A DNA stretch of 64,000 nt, from IMG/VR virus record IMGVR_UViG_3300009514_000374, positions 77,008-141,007 of that record. One strand, given 5' to 3'. The position numbers and the translations under genes were made by a program. This stretch comes from a virus. The notes beneath the pieces were generated by a model that did not search any database, was not told where the DNA came from, and was given only the letters and a program-made list of their open reading frames with translations. Every line of letters begins with the position of its first letter. Positions within the stretch are counted from its first letter, which is position 1. Positions 1 through 9,980 of this stretch are shown here, in pieces.

Positions 1-100
1 CCGATGTGCCGGGAACGTCAGCACGGACGACAGCCGGCTTCTCGCTTGATTTCGGTGCGGCCCAAACAACGACGGTGGGCGTCACCGTGCGGAGGATCTA

Positions 101-676
101 ATGAGCGGACAAGACGATTTCTGGAGCGACCTGAGCCTGAGCCCCTTCACGGGGCCAACCTCGATGGATCACCATCTGTCGGAGGATACGATCGGTGGCC
201 CTAAGTTCTCCTCGCTGCAAGACCTGACCGACCGAGGACGGGATGCGAATGGGCTGGACCTTGGGGTTCCCGCTGGCACGCGCGTTGTGGCCGTCACGAA
301 CATCGGTTCGGTCCTGACACACCCCGATCTCCCCGAGCCTGACGTGGAGGGCACGGTCGTCACGGTGCGCACGGCTCAGGGCGACCTGACCAGTCTCAAC
401 GACGAGGTTTTCGTCAAGTGGGACGACGGTAAGCTCCGCGCCATCCACAGACATTTCCTGCGTCGTGCAAAGACGAGTCGCAAGCGCGCGTCGGCGTTTT
501 GCGTTCGCGCCAGCGGCATCGGAGACATCAGCCAGTTTTTCACTCGTGCGAACGATGGGAAGGCGAACGACCTCGTTCACAAGAGCACGAAAGACCTGTG
601 GAGCTTTGAGCAGAGCGACGACGGGATCGTGATTTCTCGTCTGTTCGATGACACCGGGGAACCCTTGAAAGGCTAG
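101..676 (+). CDS. Hypothetical protein, probably virion-associated
   Basis: 191-aa ORF with GGAGG RBS at 91-95, GC3-biased codons, coupled to the next gene; lies in the head module. Confidence 0.6.
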   Translation: MSGQDDFWSDLSLSPFTGPTSMDHHLSEDTIGGPKFSSLQDLTDRGRDANGLDLGVPAGTRVVAVTNIGSVLTHPDLPEPDVEGTVVTVRTAQGDLTSLNDEVFVKWDDGKLRAIHRHFLRRAKTSRKRASAFCVRASGIGDISQFFTRANDGKANDLVHKSTKDLWSFEQSDDGIVISRLFDDTGEPLKG

Positions 677-678
677 CC

Positions 679-1944
679 GTGAACATCGGCAATCCACTTA
701 GCTGGTCCCTTGAGGGGATGAATGCCCGCAACTTGCGGCCGGGGGATCCTCGTATCTCGTGGATGTACTACGACGACGACAATTGGGAGTTTGAGGCGCA
801 CGCGGAACGAAACGAGCGCGAAGATCGTCGTCTGATCGGGTTCCACCTATTCGTGCGGCCAAAGGGTGCTGATCTTGACGAGCGGAAACGGATCAAATTC
901 GATCTCCCCAACGAGCGCACTGTGGCGCGTACCGCTGAACAGTGGCTTCGCCAACACGGGCGCACTGCTAAGGCGCCCAAGGTACCAAAGCCAACCAAGA
1001 GGCTGACACCCAAGGCCCCTCCGAAAGCCAAGCCCGCCAAGGCGCCCAAGGCCCCGAAGCCCAAGAAGGCGCCTTCTCCCGTGCAAAAAGCTGTGCGCAC
1101 GGTTCAAAAGGGCGTTCGGCAGTTTGAACGGGGGCGGTCTAAATCACCAGCGGCGAAGGGGATCCGCACCCTCACACAGCTTGGGGAGCGTGCGCACGGT
1201 TTGCTGATGCAGCACAAGGGAGACACGGATCTCTCTATAGGAAACCCCCGTACAGGAGCGCCAATGACGCAAATCGATCCATCTCGGCTCGCCGAACGCC
1301 ATGAATGGCGGGAATTGGCGCGTGAAGCGGAGCCTTTGCTCTCCGAAGCCAAGGCGATTCTCAAGGCCGAGGGTCGAATCAAGGCCGCGAATCGGATCAA
1401 ACTCGCTGGCGAGGTCATTTTCAAAAAGGATCGCGGAGGCGACAAGGACCAGTGGGCCTACGCCGACGTGGCCCCGTCCGAGCGCATGGTGCCCGGCGAT
1501 TTCAATTTCTCGCCCAAGAACGCCAAGCCGCTCGCCAAAGTGCTTCGCGCGAGCCTGGCCGCGCTCGGGCATGTTCTGTCGGCGTACCACACCTTCGCCA
1601 AGATCAAGAGTGCGCGGGTAAGCCCTGACGGTAACCTCGGCGGCAAGGGCTACATCCAGAAAATCGCCGACATGCGGCGACAGTACATGAATGTCGTGGA
1701 AGCGTTGTCGGCTCTGACCGACACGATCTACGACGAGGTTCACGCCCCACATTGGGCTGCGGTTTCTCGCCAAGAGGACCCGCAGGACGCGGCTCAGGTG
1801 AAGGAGATGCTCGGCGACGCCGAGGAAATCCGTGAGGATCCCGAAGGGTGGGCCAAGGATCAGATCAAAGACGAATTCGGTGACGACCAAGGTGCAAAGA
1901 AAACTGCGTCCTTGGAAGCCGCCTATTGGGAAGGTGTCGTATGA
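679..1944 (+). CDS. Hypothetical head-region protein with Lys/Pro/Ala linker; probable internal start at 1264
   Basis: 421-aa ORF; KAP repeats about 970-1075; in-frame ATG 1264 preceded by AGGAG (1254-1258) and CTATAG (1235-1240). Confidence 0.6.
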   Translation: MNIGNPLSWSLEGMNARNLRPGDPRISWMYYDDDNWEFEAHAERNEREDRRLIGFHLFVRPKGADLDERKRIKFDLPNERTVARTAEQWLRQHGRTAKAPKVPKPTKRLTPKAPPKAKPAKAPKAPKPKKAPSPVQKAVRTVQKGVRQFERGRSKSPAAKGIRTLTQLGERAHGLLMQHKGDTDLSIGNPRTGAPMTQIDPSRLAERHEWRELAREAEPLLSEAKAILKAEGRIKAANRIKLAGEVIFKKDRGGDKDQWAYADVAPSERMVPGDFNFSPKNAKPLAKVLRASLAALGHVLSAYHTFAKIKSARVSPDGNLGGKGYIQKIADMRRQYMNVVEALSALTDTIYDEVHAPHWAAVSRQEDPQDAAQVKEMLGDAEEIREDPEGWAKDQIKDEFGDDQGAKKTASLEAAYWEGVV

Positions 1945-3887
1945 CCGCCAAGCTGCCGACCGACGAGAACACCCCGGACATGGGGTCCAGCTTTCTTCTG
2001 GACACCTTCGATTTCGCCGATGAAATGAACGAGGGCGTTCTCGACGGAGCCGCGCAGCCGGAAGCCTACGGGCTCTCGGGACTCCCTGACGGTGTGGTGA
2101 CGAGCGAGGGACACGAGGACCTTGACGTTCCCGATTTCTTGCAAGACACCGAGGAAGGAATGGACCTCGGAGAGCTTGGGATGCTTGCCAGTGTTTCTGG
2201 GCTCCCCCAAGACGAGGACTCTGAGGATCGAGCCCATCAGGACAATGTATCCAACGTGGTCGATTTCTCCTGGCTGGAGGACACCCATCAGGATCCCGGC
2301 CGTCTCCCCAACCTCAACACGACAACCGTGATCCCCGAGCTTGTTGAGGCATGGGGCACGCGCACCGATGGGATTGAGCGTGTTCCGATGCAGGAGCACT
2401 CGGCAAGCGTCGAGCCCAAAAAGGCTTCCAACGCGGACCTCCGCCGGGTGCTGGCTCGTGCGATGCGTCGTTCGGCCTATGGCGACAACATGGACGAGAT
2501 CAAGGTGGAGATCGTCCGTGACCTCGGCCACGAGGCGAAGCGTGTTGCCAAGGCAGTGAAGGCCATGGAGGCTGAGCACGGCCTGGTCGGCAACGTCTAC
2601 ATCCGTGCGACTGCGTTCCCTGGTATCGACCAGGCCAAGTGGGCCAAGCACGTCAAGGCCAAGTGCCCAAATGCCCGTTACCTGATTGCGTGTGGCTCGT
2701 GCGATGCGTGCAAGGGCGGGTGCCCCAAGGACTGTGCCTGCAATCGTTCGCTCGGCCTCAAGGCGGTCGCCAGCGTTCCGTGGGACAAGGCTTACGACCA
2801 CTACGCCCCGCAGTTGGAGATCACGGGTCGGCTCGATCGCATGGCGACCGTGATGGACAAGCGCCTGTCACTCCGCCAAGCGTTCCTGTCTCCAACCCGA
2901 GATACCAGCGCGAAGATCTACGACGAGCGGCCGATCCACAAGACCCCGGTTGAGCGCGTCACGATGGCCGAGGCCAAGGCCGAGTTCGCTGCTGCGCAAC
3001 CGGAGGCCCGAGAGGTCGTTCGCCAAGCTGAGCGAGCCCACGCGGCCAAGGTCAAGAAGGTCCAAGCCAAGCTCGGCCAGTGGGTCAAGGCCAGTCTGCT
3101 TTCGGCGGACGAGGCCAAGAAGCTGCTCACCGCTTCCGCGAAGCAGCCCGAGGCGGTTCTGAAAGCTGCGAGCCGTGTCATCACTGCCCGTAAGAAGCAG
3201 GCGTCTTACCAAGGCGACGGCAAGCACTACGACCCCCGCGTGTCGGCGAAGGCCGCCTTCGCTGAGCTTCGGGAGGCCGCACAAGCGCCCGAGGATCCGG
3301 CCTTCCCCAAGCTGGCTGGCGAAACGCTCCACGAGGCCCAAAAGATGATCCGGTACGCCCGTCAGGCGATGTCGGAAGGCTTCATGGGCAAGGATCTGAA
3401 AGACCTGCTCGCGGGTCGGTTCAGCAAGAAGCTCCGCAAGGCTGCCAAGGAGCAGCTTGTCCAGATCCGCAAGCAACACGAGGGCCTGTCGGGTGTCGCG
3501 TATGTGGACACGGCGGCCTACGCCTCCAAGACGGGAGCGACGGGTTGTGAGCAGGGCGCGGCGAAGCACCGCGCCAACGCCATCCCAACCGCCCTGGAGA
3601 TGGATCGGTGTGCCTCGTGCGTGTACCGCAACCAGGACAACCGCTGCCAAAAGTACAACAAGCCGCTCGTCGCTTCCGCTCCCGTGAAGGACGAGAAAAA
3701 GTACCAAGCGGAGCAGATTCGTTTGGCGGACGCGCCCGACCAAGAGGTCACGGCGTCGATGTTCAGCCCGAGTGAATTCGATCTGACCAACAACAACTTG
3801 GAGGATTTCTCCATCCAAGATGCGCCTGCGCTGGACGACCTCGCCGAGTACACGTTCGGGGGCACGATCATGCACGACGAGGGGTAA
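1941..3887 (+). CDS. Large hypothetical head-region protein with two Cys-rich repeat domains
   Basis: ATG 1941 overlaps the upstream stop (ATGA); repeated EHGLVGNVYI / QHEGLSGVAYV, each followed by a Cys cluster. Confidence 0.65.
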   Translation: MTAKLPTDENTPDMGSSFLLDTFDFADEMNEGVLDGAAQPEAYGLSGLPDGVVTSEGHEDLDVPDFLQDTEEGMDLGELGMLASVSGLPQDEDSEDRAHQDNVSNVVDFSWLEDTHQDPGRLPNLNTTTVIPELVEAWGTRTDGIERVPMQEHSASVEPKKASNADLRRVLARAMRRSAYGDNMDEIKVEIVRDLGHEAKRVAKAVKAMEAEHGLVGNVYIRATAFPGIDQAKWAKHVKAKCPNARYLIACGSCDACKGGCPKDCACNRSLGLKAVASVPWDKAYDHYAPQLEITGRLDRMATVMDKRLSLRQAFLSPTRDTSAKIYDERPIHKTPVERVTMAEAKAEFAAAQPEAREVVRQAERAHAAKVKKVQAKLGQWVKASLLSADEAKKLLTASAKQPEAVLKAASRVITARKKQASYQGDGKHYDPRVSAKAAFAELREAAQAPEDPAFPKLAGETLHEAQKMIRYARQAMSEGFMGKDLKDLLAGRFSKKLRKAAKEQLVQIRKQHEGLSGVAYVDTAAYASKTGATGCEQGAAKHRANAIPTALEMDRCASCVYRNQDNRCQKYNKPLVASAPVKDEKKYQAEQIRLADAPDQEVTASMFSPSEFDLTNNNLEDFSIQDAPALDDLAEYTFGGTIMHDEG

Positions 3888-3890
3888 ACC

Positions 3891-4220
3891 GTGTCTCTAC
3901 GCAAGAAACTGATTCGACTCGCTCACCAGAAACCTGAGCTTCGCCCTCACTTGCTGCCGCTGCTCAAGACGGCGATGTACGGCAAGGCGTGGATCACGAA
4001 TTTCAACCGGGCCACGAACATGCTGTGGGTCGGCGTGCAGGGCTACGACGGCATGGTTCGGATGTCGATCAGTGGATCGGGCATGGTCACGTCGCATGGG
4101 CGCCATCCCTCACAGGTGTCTCACAAAGCGCACCAGATCGTTTCCAAGTTTCGGAATGAAGGATTCCCTCGCATTCCACCGCACGGCCACTGGCCGCCCG
4201 AGGTGAAGCCGGACAAATGA
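3891..4220 (+). CDS. Small protein with N-terminal LRKKLIRLA..KPELR module
   Basis: 109-aa ORF; its first 28 aa recur at 6523 and 38619. Confidence 0.65.
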   Translation: MSLRKKLIRLAHQKPELRPHLLPLLKTAMYGKAWITNFNRATNMLWVGVQGYDGMVRMSISGSGMVTSHGRHPSQVSHKAHQIVSKFRNEGFPRIPPHGHWPPEVKPDK

Positions 4221-5512
4221 CCAAGCAGGCATATTGGGAAGGGGTAGACCCCCTTCCCGGCGGCAACATGGACGAGGGCGACATCCACACTTGTCGGTCC
4301 CTGCTTGTCGATGTGCTCGCGTGCCTACGTGCTCAGTCGTGGAACTACCAGACGGCTCACTGGCAGACGGCCGGTGTGCCTGCCTACGGCAACCACCTGC
4401 TCTTTGAGCGCCTCTACAAATCGGTTCAAGACGAGATCGATACGCTTGCGGAGAAGCTCGTTGGCTACTTTGGCCTCCATGCTGTTGACCCATGCGACGT
4501 GATGGACAGGGCTCACAAGCTCGTCAAGCAGTGGAAGGCGTATTCGACCTGCCATGTCGAGCGTGGGCTCCACGCCGAGGAACATTTCCAATCGGGCGTG
4601 TCCAATGCGTACCACCAGATCAAGCAGAAGGGGCGCATGACCCTCGGGCTTGACGATTTTCTGATGGCGGCTGCGAACAACCACGAGTCGCACACGTACC
4701 TGCTCCAGCAGCTTCTCGTGGACATAAACAAGCTCAACGACGCCTACAAGGAGATGGGCGAGGCTCCGTACAAGGACATGACTCCGCCGTACAAGACGGC
4801 CACGCTGGAGGACGGCGTGGACTGGAGTGCGTGGAAGGGCCTCGATGGCAAGTGGAACATCGAGGGCGATGTGACCGCCGCTGAGTTGGAGCGCGTTGAG
4901 GGATTGATCAAGGCCGACCTTTCCGAAAAGTGCGGCACGCCGCACGGCGGGTGGGGTGGTGAGATGTCCTCGATGGAAAAATCGTGGGGAGGCTTCTCGT
5001 CCTTTCGTCCGGTGCGCCGTGGAGAGCGCGAGGATCAGATCCCTGGCGGTCTTGGCGACAAGGCCAAGACGGACGATTTTGATATTGAGCAAGTGCTGAA
5101 AGGAGTCGATGTCGAGCTTGAGCACACGACCGACCCTGACATCGCCCTGGAGATCGCACTTGATCATCTCACCGAGCACGACGACTACTACACGCGACTG
5201 GAGAAGGTAGAGAAGCACGCGGCCATTGGTGACCGTGCTGCACCCTCTGTCGAATACTTGTTCCGCGACGATCCCAAGCGCTACGAGTTGACGGAATTCG
5301 TCAAATCGAAAGCCGTGACCAACCTCGACAATGACCCGGCGACACCGCCAACGCCCGTAGAGATCAAGGACGAGCCCGGAGGTAAGGCTCTCTCTACTTT
5401 GCATCGGTACGTGGTCGATACCGAGGAACCCGCTGCTAAGGATGCAGAGGGCATCGAGGAACACCCACCCCTGTCCGATTTCAAGGACTGGACGACCGTG
5501 AGAGAGAAATAA
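4217..5512 (+). CDS. Dps/ferritin-like domain fused to a DUF5661-like domain
   Basis: AHWQTAG..NHLLFERLY..EIDTLAEK matches the Dps ferroxidase-centre pattern; KGVDVELEHTTDPDIALEIALDHL..YYTRL resembles phage DUF5661. Confidence 0.75.
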   Translation: MTKQAYWEGVDPLPGGNMDEGDIHTCRSLLVDVLACLRAQSWNYQTAHWQTAGVPAYGNHLLFERLYKSVQDEIDTLAEKLVGYFGLHAVDPCDVMDRAHKLVKQWKAYSTCHVERGLHAEEHFQSGVSNAYHQIKQKGRMTLGLDDFLMAAANNHESHTYLLQQLLVDINKLNDAYKEMGEAPYKDMTPPYKTATLEDGVDWSAWKGLDGKWNIEGDVTAAELERVEGLIKADLSEKCGTPHGGWGGEMSSMEKSWGGFSSFRPVRRGEREDQIPGGLGDKAKTDDFDIEQVLKGVDVELEHTTDPDIALEIALDHLTEHDDYYTRLEKVEKHAAIGDRAAPSVEYLFRDDPKRYELTEFVKSKAVTNLDNDPATPPTPVEIKDEPGGKALSTLHRYVVDTEEPAAKDAEGIEEHPPLSDFKDWTTVREK

Positions 5513-6091
5513 ATGTCCGTTGAAAAGCTATTTCCAAGCATCCATGCTCGCGGTGGCGCACAGCCCCCTTTCACGATCCTCGTCGCCAACCTGACCTCGC
5601 CGGGCGACCCGAGTGTGGGTCGCAACCCCGTGCGGGCTCGTAACGGGTTCCGGCAGCAGAACACAACCCCTGTGGGCCATGCTCCGCATGGCACGGTGGT
5701 TGGAGCGCGTACCGGGACACTGCTCGGCGGCGCCTTCACTCGTAGCGGGGGCACTGTCACGATCGCCAGCGACGATTTCACTGTCCCGGCCGAGGTACTG
5801 GTCGGCCCGTTCGTACTCGTGACTGACGAGGATTTCGATGCGGATGGCCTTGGGGTCAACGTCGTGGCAACCAATCTTGCGGCGGCCATTGATGCCCTGC
5901 CTGGCTACAATGCCGTCGCGGCTCTCGCTGTCGTCACGGTGACGGGGCCGCTTGGCGCCAAGATCGATCCGATCGCACAGCGTTGGCAGTTCCGCACGTT
6001 TGGTGCGGTTGCCAACTTTACCACCATCACGCCTGACGGCGGGTTCCTGACGGGAGGGCTGCCCGAGCCGAGGGCGATGGAGATTCTGTGA
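5513..6091 (+). CDS. Hypothetical virion structural protein
   Basis: 192 aa, Gly/Ala/Thr/Val-rich, coupled to both neighbours. Confidence 0.5.
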   Translation: MSVEKLFPSIHARGGAQPPFTILVANLTSPGDPSVGRNPVRARNGFRQQNTTPVGHAPHGTVVGARTGTLLGGAFTRSGGTVTIASDDFTVPAEVLVGPFVLVTDEDFDADGLGVNVVATNLAAAIDALPGYNAVAALAVVTVTGPLGAKIDPIAQRWQFRTFGAVANFTTITPDGGFLTGGLPEPRAMEIL

Positions 6092-6640
6092 ATGCTTCCG
6101 CCGTGGGTTCGACCTCCCGATGCTTCTTGGACGGAGAAGCAGGTAGCCAAGGCGATCCTTCGGCATCTCAGTCCCGATCTGCTGCACAAGGATTGGGGGC
6201 CAGGCGGCAAGCACTACAAGCCAGGGCGGCACGAGCATTTCGGGTACTGCAACGTCGCCAGTCAAGCCTTCTACTGGCTGATGGGTGCCCGCGAGGCGGG
6301 CTACAAGGCCATGCGGGTGAAGCACGAGGGAGGCACCCATTGGTGGATCCAGTCTCCCAAAGGCAAGGTCTGGGATCTGACCAAAGAGCAATTCACGACC
6401 CCTGTGCCTTACGCCCAAGGGCGTGCGGCGGGGTTCCCCGGCCGAGGGTATTTCCCGACCCTCGCTGCCAAGAAACTGATTGAGAAGGCTCGGGCCGACC
6501 TGGAGAGACGAGGCAAAAAAGCTATGAAAGACCTACGCAAGAACCTGATCCGCCTCGCGCATTCCAAGCCCGAGCTTCGCGCTGATCTGCTTCCGTTGAT
6601 CACGGCTGCCGACCCGACCAAATCAAAGATGGTGCGCTGA
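6092..6640 (+). CDS. Transglutaminase/papain-like Cys-His-Asp protein with C-terminal KPELR module
   Basis: GYCNVASQA..THWWI..VWDLT gives a Cys-His-Asp order; C-terminal MKDLRKNLIRLAHSKPELRADLLPLI. Confidence 0.5.
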   Translation: MLPPWVRPPDASWTEKQVAKAILRHLSPDLLHKDWGPGGKHYKPGRHEHFGYCNVASQAFYWLMGAREAGYKAMRVKHEGGTHWWIQSPKGKVWDLTKEQFTTPVPYAQGRAAGFPGRGYFPTLAAKKLIEKARADLERRGKKAMKDLRKNLIRLAHSKPELRADLLPLITAADPTKSKMVR

Positions 6641-7335
6641 TGGAAACGAAGAAACTAGAACGCGACGAGCTACTGCGCCTGATCCCGAATGGGGCTAAGC
6701 GTGTTGCGGTCGTGGATGAATTGGGCAAGGAAAAGTGGCGCAAGGTTGACGAGGTTTTGGACACGGACCTGATCCAATTCAAGGCCGGGAAGCCTCGCAC
6801 GATGAAGCGCGACCCTGGTCGCAAGAAGGATCCGACCGCCGCACCGGCCGTGAGCGAGCACGTCGAGGGGTTGATCAAGGCCAAGTACAAGGCGTTGGAC
6901 GAGGACCCGCTCACGACGGTCATCGGACGTGACCCCGAGTCGATCGACGTGCTTCACGAGGTCATGCGGGGCATCGCGCAAGAGTCTGCATCGCTGGAGT
7001 TTGAGCGCAAAGAGGCCGAGCGGAAGGGCGAGGACACGCGCCAGGTTTCCGTGAGCCGTCTGCAAGCCCTCAAGGCCGTGGGCGACACCTGGATCAAGCG
7101 CGCCGAACAGCTACAGGCCAAGGGCGTGAACCTGAGCAGTCCTGAATTCAAGTTGCTGTTCGGATTCATCGTCCGCACGTTCCGTGAGGTCATGGTCGAT
7201 GCCGGCCTTCGACGTGAGAACATTGACCGGATCTTCTCCCTGCTTTCGCAACGCCTGGAGGACGAAACGTGGGAGGACGAGGCCCGTGCTGCGATGCGCG
7301 GCCAAGCCCGACCTGATGGGGTAGTGGAGCACTAA
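6640..7335 (+). CDS. Probable terminase small subunit
   Basis: 231-aa helical protein immediately upstream of the large terminase; positional inference only. Confidence 0.5.
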   Translation: METKKLERDELLRLIPNGAKRVAVVDELGKEKWRKVDEVLDTDLIQFKAGKPRTMKRDPGRKKDPTAAPAVSEHVEGLIKAKYKALDEDPLTTVIGRDPESIDVLHEVMRGIAQESASLEFERKEAERKGEDTRQVSVSRLQALKAVGDTWIKRAEQLQAKGVNLSSPEFKLLFGFIVRTFREVMVDAGLRRENIDRIFSLLSQRLEDETWEDEARAAMRGQARPDGVVEH

Positions 7336-7336
7336 G

Positions 7337-9373
7337 ATGGGCCTTGGGCTTGGGAACATTGTCCTCGATGAAGGGCGCGATGCTGACAGCACCGCCGAAA
7401 TCGCGGACATTATCACCTTCATCGAATCGGATTGGGGACTCGGCCAAACGCTGTTCCCGGTTCAGAAGGTGATCCTCAAGGCCCACTACGGCATCCCTTT
7501 GGACGACGTGCCCGAGGGTATGGACGAGGGGCAGCTTGAGCTACTGGAGCACCACAAGTTGCTCAAGCTCGCGCAGGTCGAGAACCCTCTCATTGACCCT
7601 ACGGCCAACGAGAAATACCTGATCCGCTACATCCTGCGGAAACACATCCACGTCACGGATTTCCGCAAGCATCCCATCCCTGACGTGGCCGAGTGGATGT
7701 CCGAAGCCGAGTACCTTCGCCATCTGTACGCGGAAGGTCGGTCGAACATCGCCGAGGTAATCGAGGGGCAGGAGCGCCGGGAGATGATCCTGAGCGTTGG
7801 CCGTCGCTCGGGTAAGACGACCATCTCAGCCTGCATCGCTGCCTACGAGACATACAAGCTGCTCTCCAAGGGCAACCCACAGCAGTTCTATGGTCTGCCG
7901 GATGGCAACACGATCCAGTTGATCTCGGTCGCTACGGACAAGGACCAGGCGGGTCTGCTCTACCGCGACGTTGCCAAGTATTTCGCGCAGTGTGAATTCT
8001 TCCGCACCTATCAAGCCAACGCCACGCAGTCCTTTGCTCGTTTCCAGACGCCCTCGGACATCGAGCGTCACGGCCGGTACGCGGACAATCCTAACGCTTC
8101 GGCCGCCTCGATCAACGTCACCTTCCGGTCTTGTATCGCTAAGGGACTCCGTGGTGCTGGTAACATCGTGATCATTCTTGACGAGGTTGCCCACTTTACG
8201 GACGGCGGGCAGTCCTCGGCCGACGAGGTGTACCAAGCGGTCAAGCCCTCGCTGGCTGCCTTCACTGAAAAGAACCCCTACAACAAGGCCGAGCCCATCG
8301 GACCCGTCGAAGGACGGATGATCCTGATCTCGTCGCCGCTTGGCCGTCAGGGCAAATTCTACGAGCAGTTCCAGATCGCCATGAGAGGCGGCAAGGCGTC
8401 GCAGACGATGCTCGCCATCGAGGCACCAACGTGGGAGGTCAACCCGACCATCCCGGCTGAGTTCTTTGAGTCGGAGTACGTGAAGGACACCAACATGTTC
8501 TTTACGGAGTACGGCGGCAAGTTCTCCGACCGTACTCTCGGCTGGATCGAGGACGCCCGCGACCTGCTCAACTGCGTGGACCCCAACCTCAAGCCTCGGA
8601 CCCGTGGCCTTCCCCGTGCGCCCTATTTCATCGGGCTCGACGTTGGCCTCGTGAACGACGGCACGGCGGTTGCCATCGGCCACATTGAGCAGGAGAAGAT
8701 CGTTCTCGACTACATCGATCAGATCAAGGCGGGCGAGGGCGAGTACGCCAACTACGAGCGCCTGGAATTTGAGGACGTGTCAAAATGGATCCACGACCTC
8801 TCGCGGAAATTCCTGATCGATGAAGGCATGTTCGACCAGTGGGCGGGTATTCCGTTGGAGCAGGCGTTGCTCAAGAAGGGCCTGAAACAGATCAAGGCCA
8901 CGCACTTTACTCAGGTGCTCAACAGCCAGGTCTTTCGGAATTTCAAGGACATGCTGTTCGACAGCCGCCTCGTTCTGTACGACTACACGGACGAGCAACG
9001 CGAGAAGCTGCGTGACAAAGAGGGCAAGGCACCGGACCACATGCCCTACTTGACCGAGCTATTGACGCTCCAGGCTGACTACCGGAGCAAGTACGTCGTG
9101 AACGTGTCCGCGCCGAACATCGCCGGGGCACACGACGACCTTTCCGACGCGCTTGTACGCATGGTTTGGCTCGCCAGCCAAAAGCTCTCCAACCGGGCGT
9201 ACATCGCTGGACGGGGCCGACAGACCGGGCCGAACCGGCATCGGATCTCGGCGGGCAAGCAGCGGAAACAGATCCTCGCCTCCAAGAAGGGGGGCAGCAT
9301 GGAGCAGCGGCAGCTACGTCGTGTAGGCCGGCAAGGTTTCATGCCTGTTCGTGGTGGAAGGCTCAAGGGGTGA
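7337..9373 (+). CDS. terL: Terminase large subunit
   Basis: Walker A GRRSGKT, Walker B IILDEVAHF, coupling motif ISSP, nuclease motifs GLDVG and HDDLSDA. Confidence 0.93.
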   Translation: MGLGLGNIVLDEGRDADSTAEIADIITFIESDWGLGQTLFPVQKVILKAHYGIPLDDVPEGMDEGQLELLEHHKLLKLAQVENPLIDPTANEKYLIRYILRKHIHVTDFRKHPIPDVAEWMSEAEYLRHLYAEGRSNIAEVIEGQERREMILSVGRRSGKTTISACIAAYETYKLLSKGNPQQFYGLPDGNTIQLISVATDKDQAGLLYRDVAKYFAQCEFFRTYQANATQSFARFQTPSDIERHGRYADNPNASAASINVTFRSCIAKGLRGAGNIVIILDEVAHFTDGGQSSADEVYQAVKPSLAAFTEKNPYNKAEPIGPVEGRMILISSPLGRQGKFYEQFQIAMRGGKASQTMLAIEAPTWEVNPTIPAEFFESEYVKDTNMFFTEYGGKFSDRTLGWIEDARDLLNCVDPNLKPRTRGLPRAPYFIGLDVGLVNDGTAVAIGHIEQEKIVLDYIDQIKAGEGEYANYERLEFEDVSKWIHDLSRKFLIDEGMFDQWAGIPLEQALLKKGLKQIKATHFTQVLNSQVFRNFKDMLFDSRLVLYDYTDEQREKLRDKEGKAPDHMPYLTELLTLQADYRSKYVVNVSAPNIAGAHDDLSDALVRMVWLASQKLSNRAYIAGRGRQTGPNRHRISAGKQRKQILASKKGGSMEQRQLRRVGRQGFMPVRGGRLKG

Positions 9374-9374
9374 G

Positions 9375-9623
9375 ATGTCGAAAAGCATCCAACCCGATGA
9401 TCCAGTCCGGGCGGACTACCGAATGATCAAGACCTTGCTGGACGGCAAGAAGGTCCAGCATCTCCCCCACGAGTACGACCATGTTCTCAAGGTCTTTGGT
9501 CGGATGGGTGGTTCGTGGGAGGCAGTGTTTCGGGGGTCCGTTGCCCAGACCGCTCTCCTGAAACGAATCCTCAAGGTAGGGATCAAGAAGGGCTACATCT
9601 CCAAGGCTCCCAAGTGGGGGTAG
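9375..9623 (+). CDS. Small hypothetical protein
   Basis: ATG 9375 after AAGGGGTGA; lies between terminase and portal. Confidence 0.5.
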   Translation: MSKSIQPDDPVRADYRMIKTLLDGKKVQHLPHEYDHVLKVFGRMGGSWEAVFRGSVAQTALLKRILKVGIKKGYISKAPKWG

Positions 9624-9635
9624 AGTGCAGGGCCG

Positions 9636-9980
9636 ATGCCGAAAGGACCGCAGACCGAGGAACGTGCTGAGCGTCAGGCGAGGGACCAGGAGATCCGTCT
9701 TGCCGCGCAGGCACGGGAAAACATCGAGATGCACAAAGCGGCTGACGCGCATCTCGACGTGGCTGCGGCGGCGCTACGCAACGCCCTAAGATCGCTCCAG
9801 AACGTCCGTGTGGCGCGTCGTACTGCGGAAGGCCAGGTGCTCAAACGCAAGCTCAGGGCCGTTGAGCAGGCTGCTGCGGCTCTCAAGCCCATCGGAAGGG
9901 ATGCTGGCCGGGTTCGGGCGACCGGGCCGGACTATTCCGACCCCGATTTGTCTATGGGAGGGCCAGGGGTGAATGGCTAA
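9636..9980 (+). CDS. Small hypothetical coiled-coil protein
   Basis: 114-aa ORF overlapping the portal start. Confidence 0.45.
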   Translation: MPKGPQTEERAERQARDQEIRLAAQARENIEMHKAADAHLDVAAAALRNALRSLQNVRVARRTAEGQVLKRKLRAVEQAAAALKPIGRDAGRVRATGPDYSDPDLSMGGPGVNG

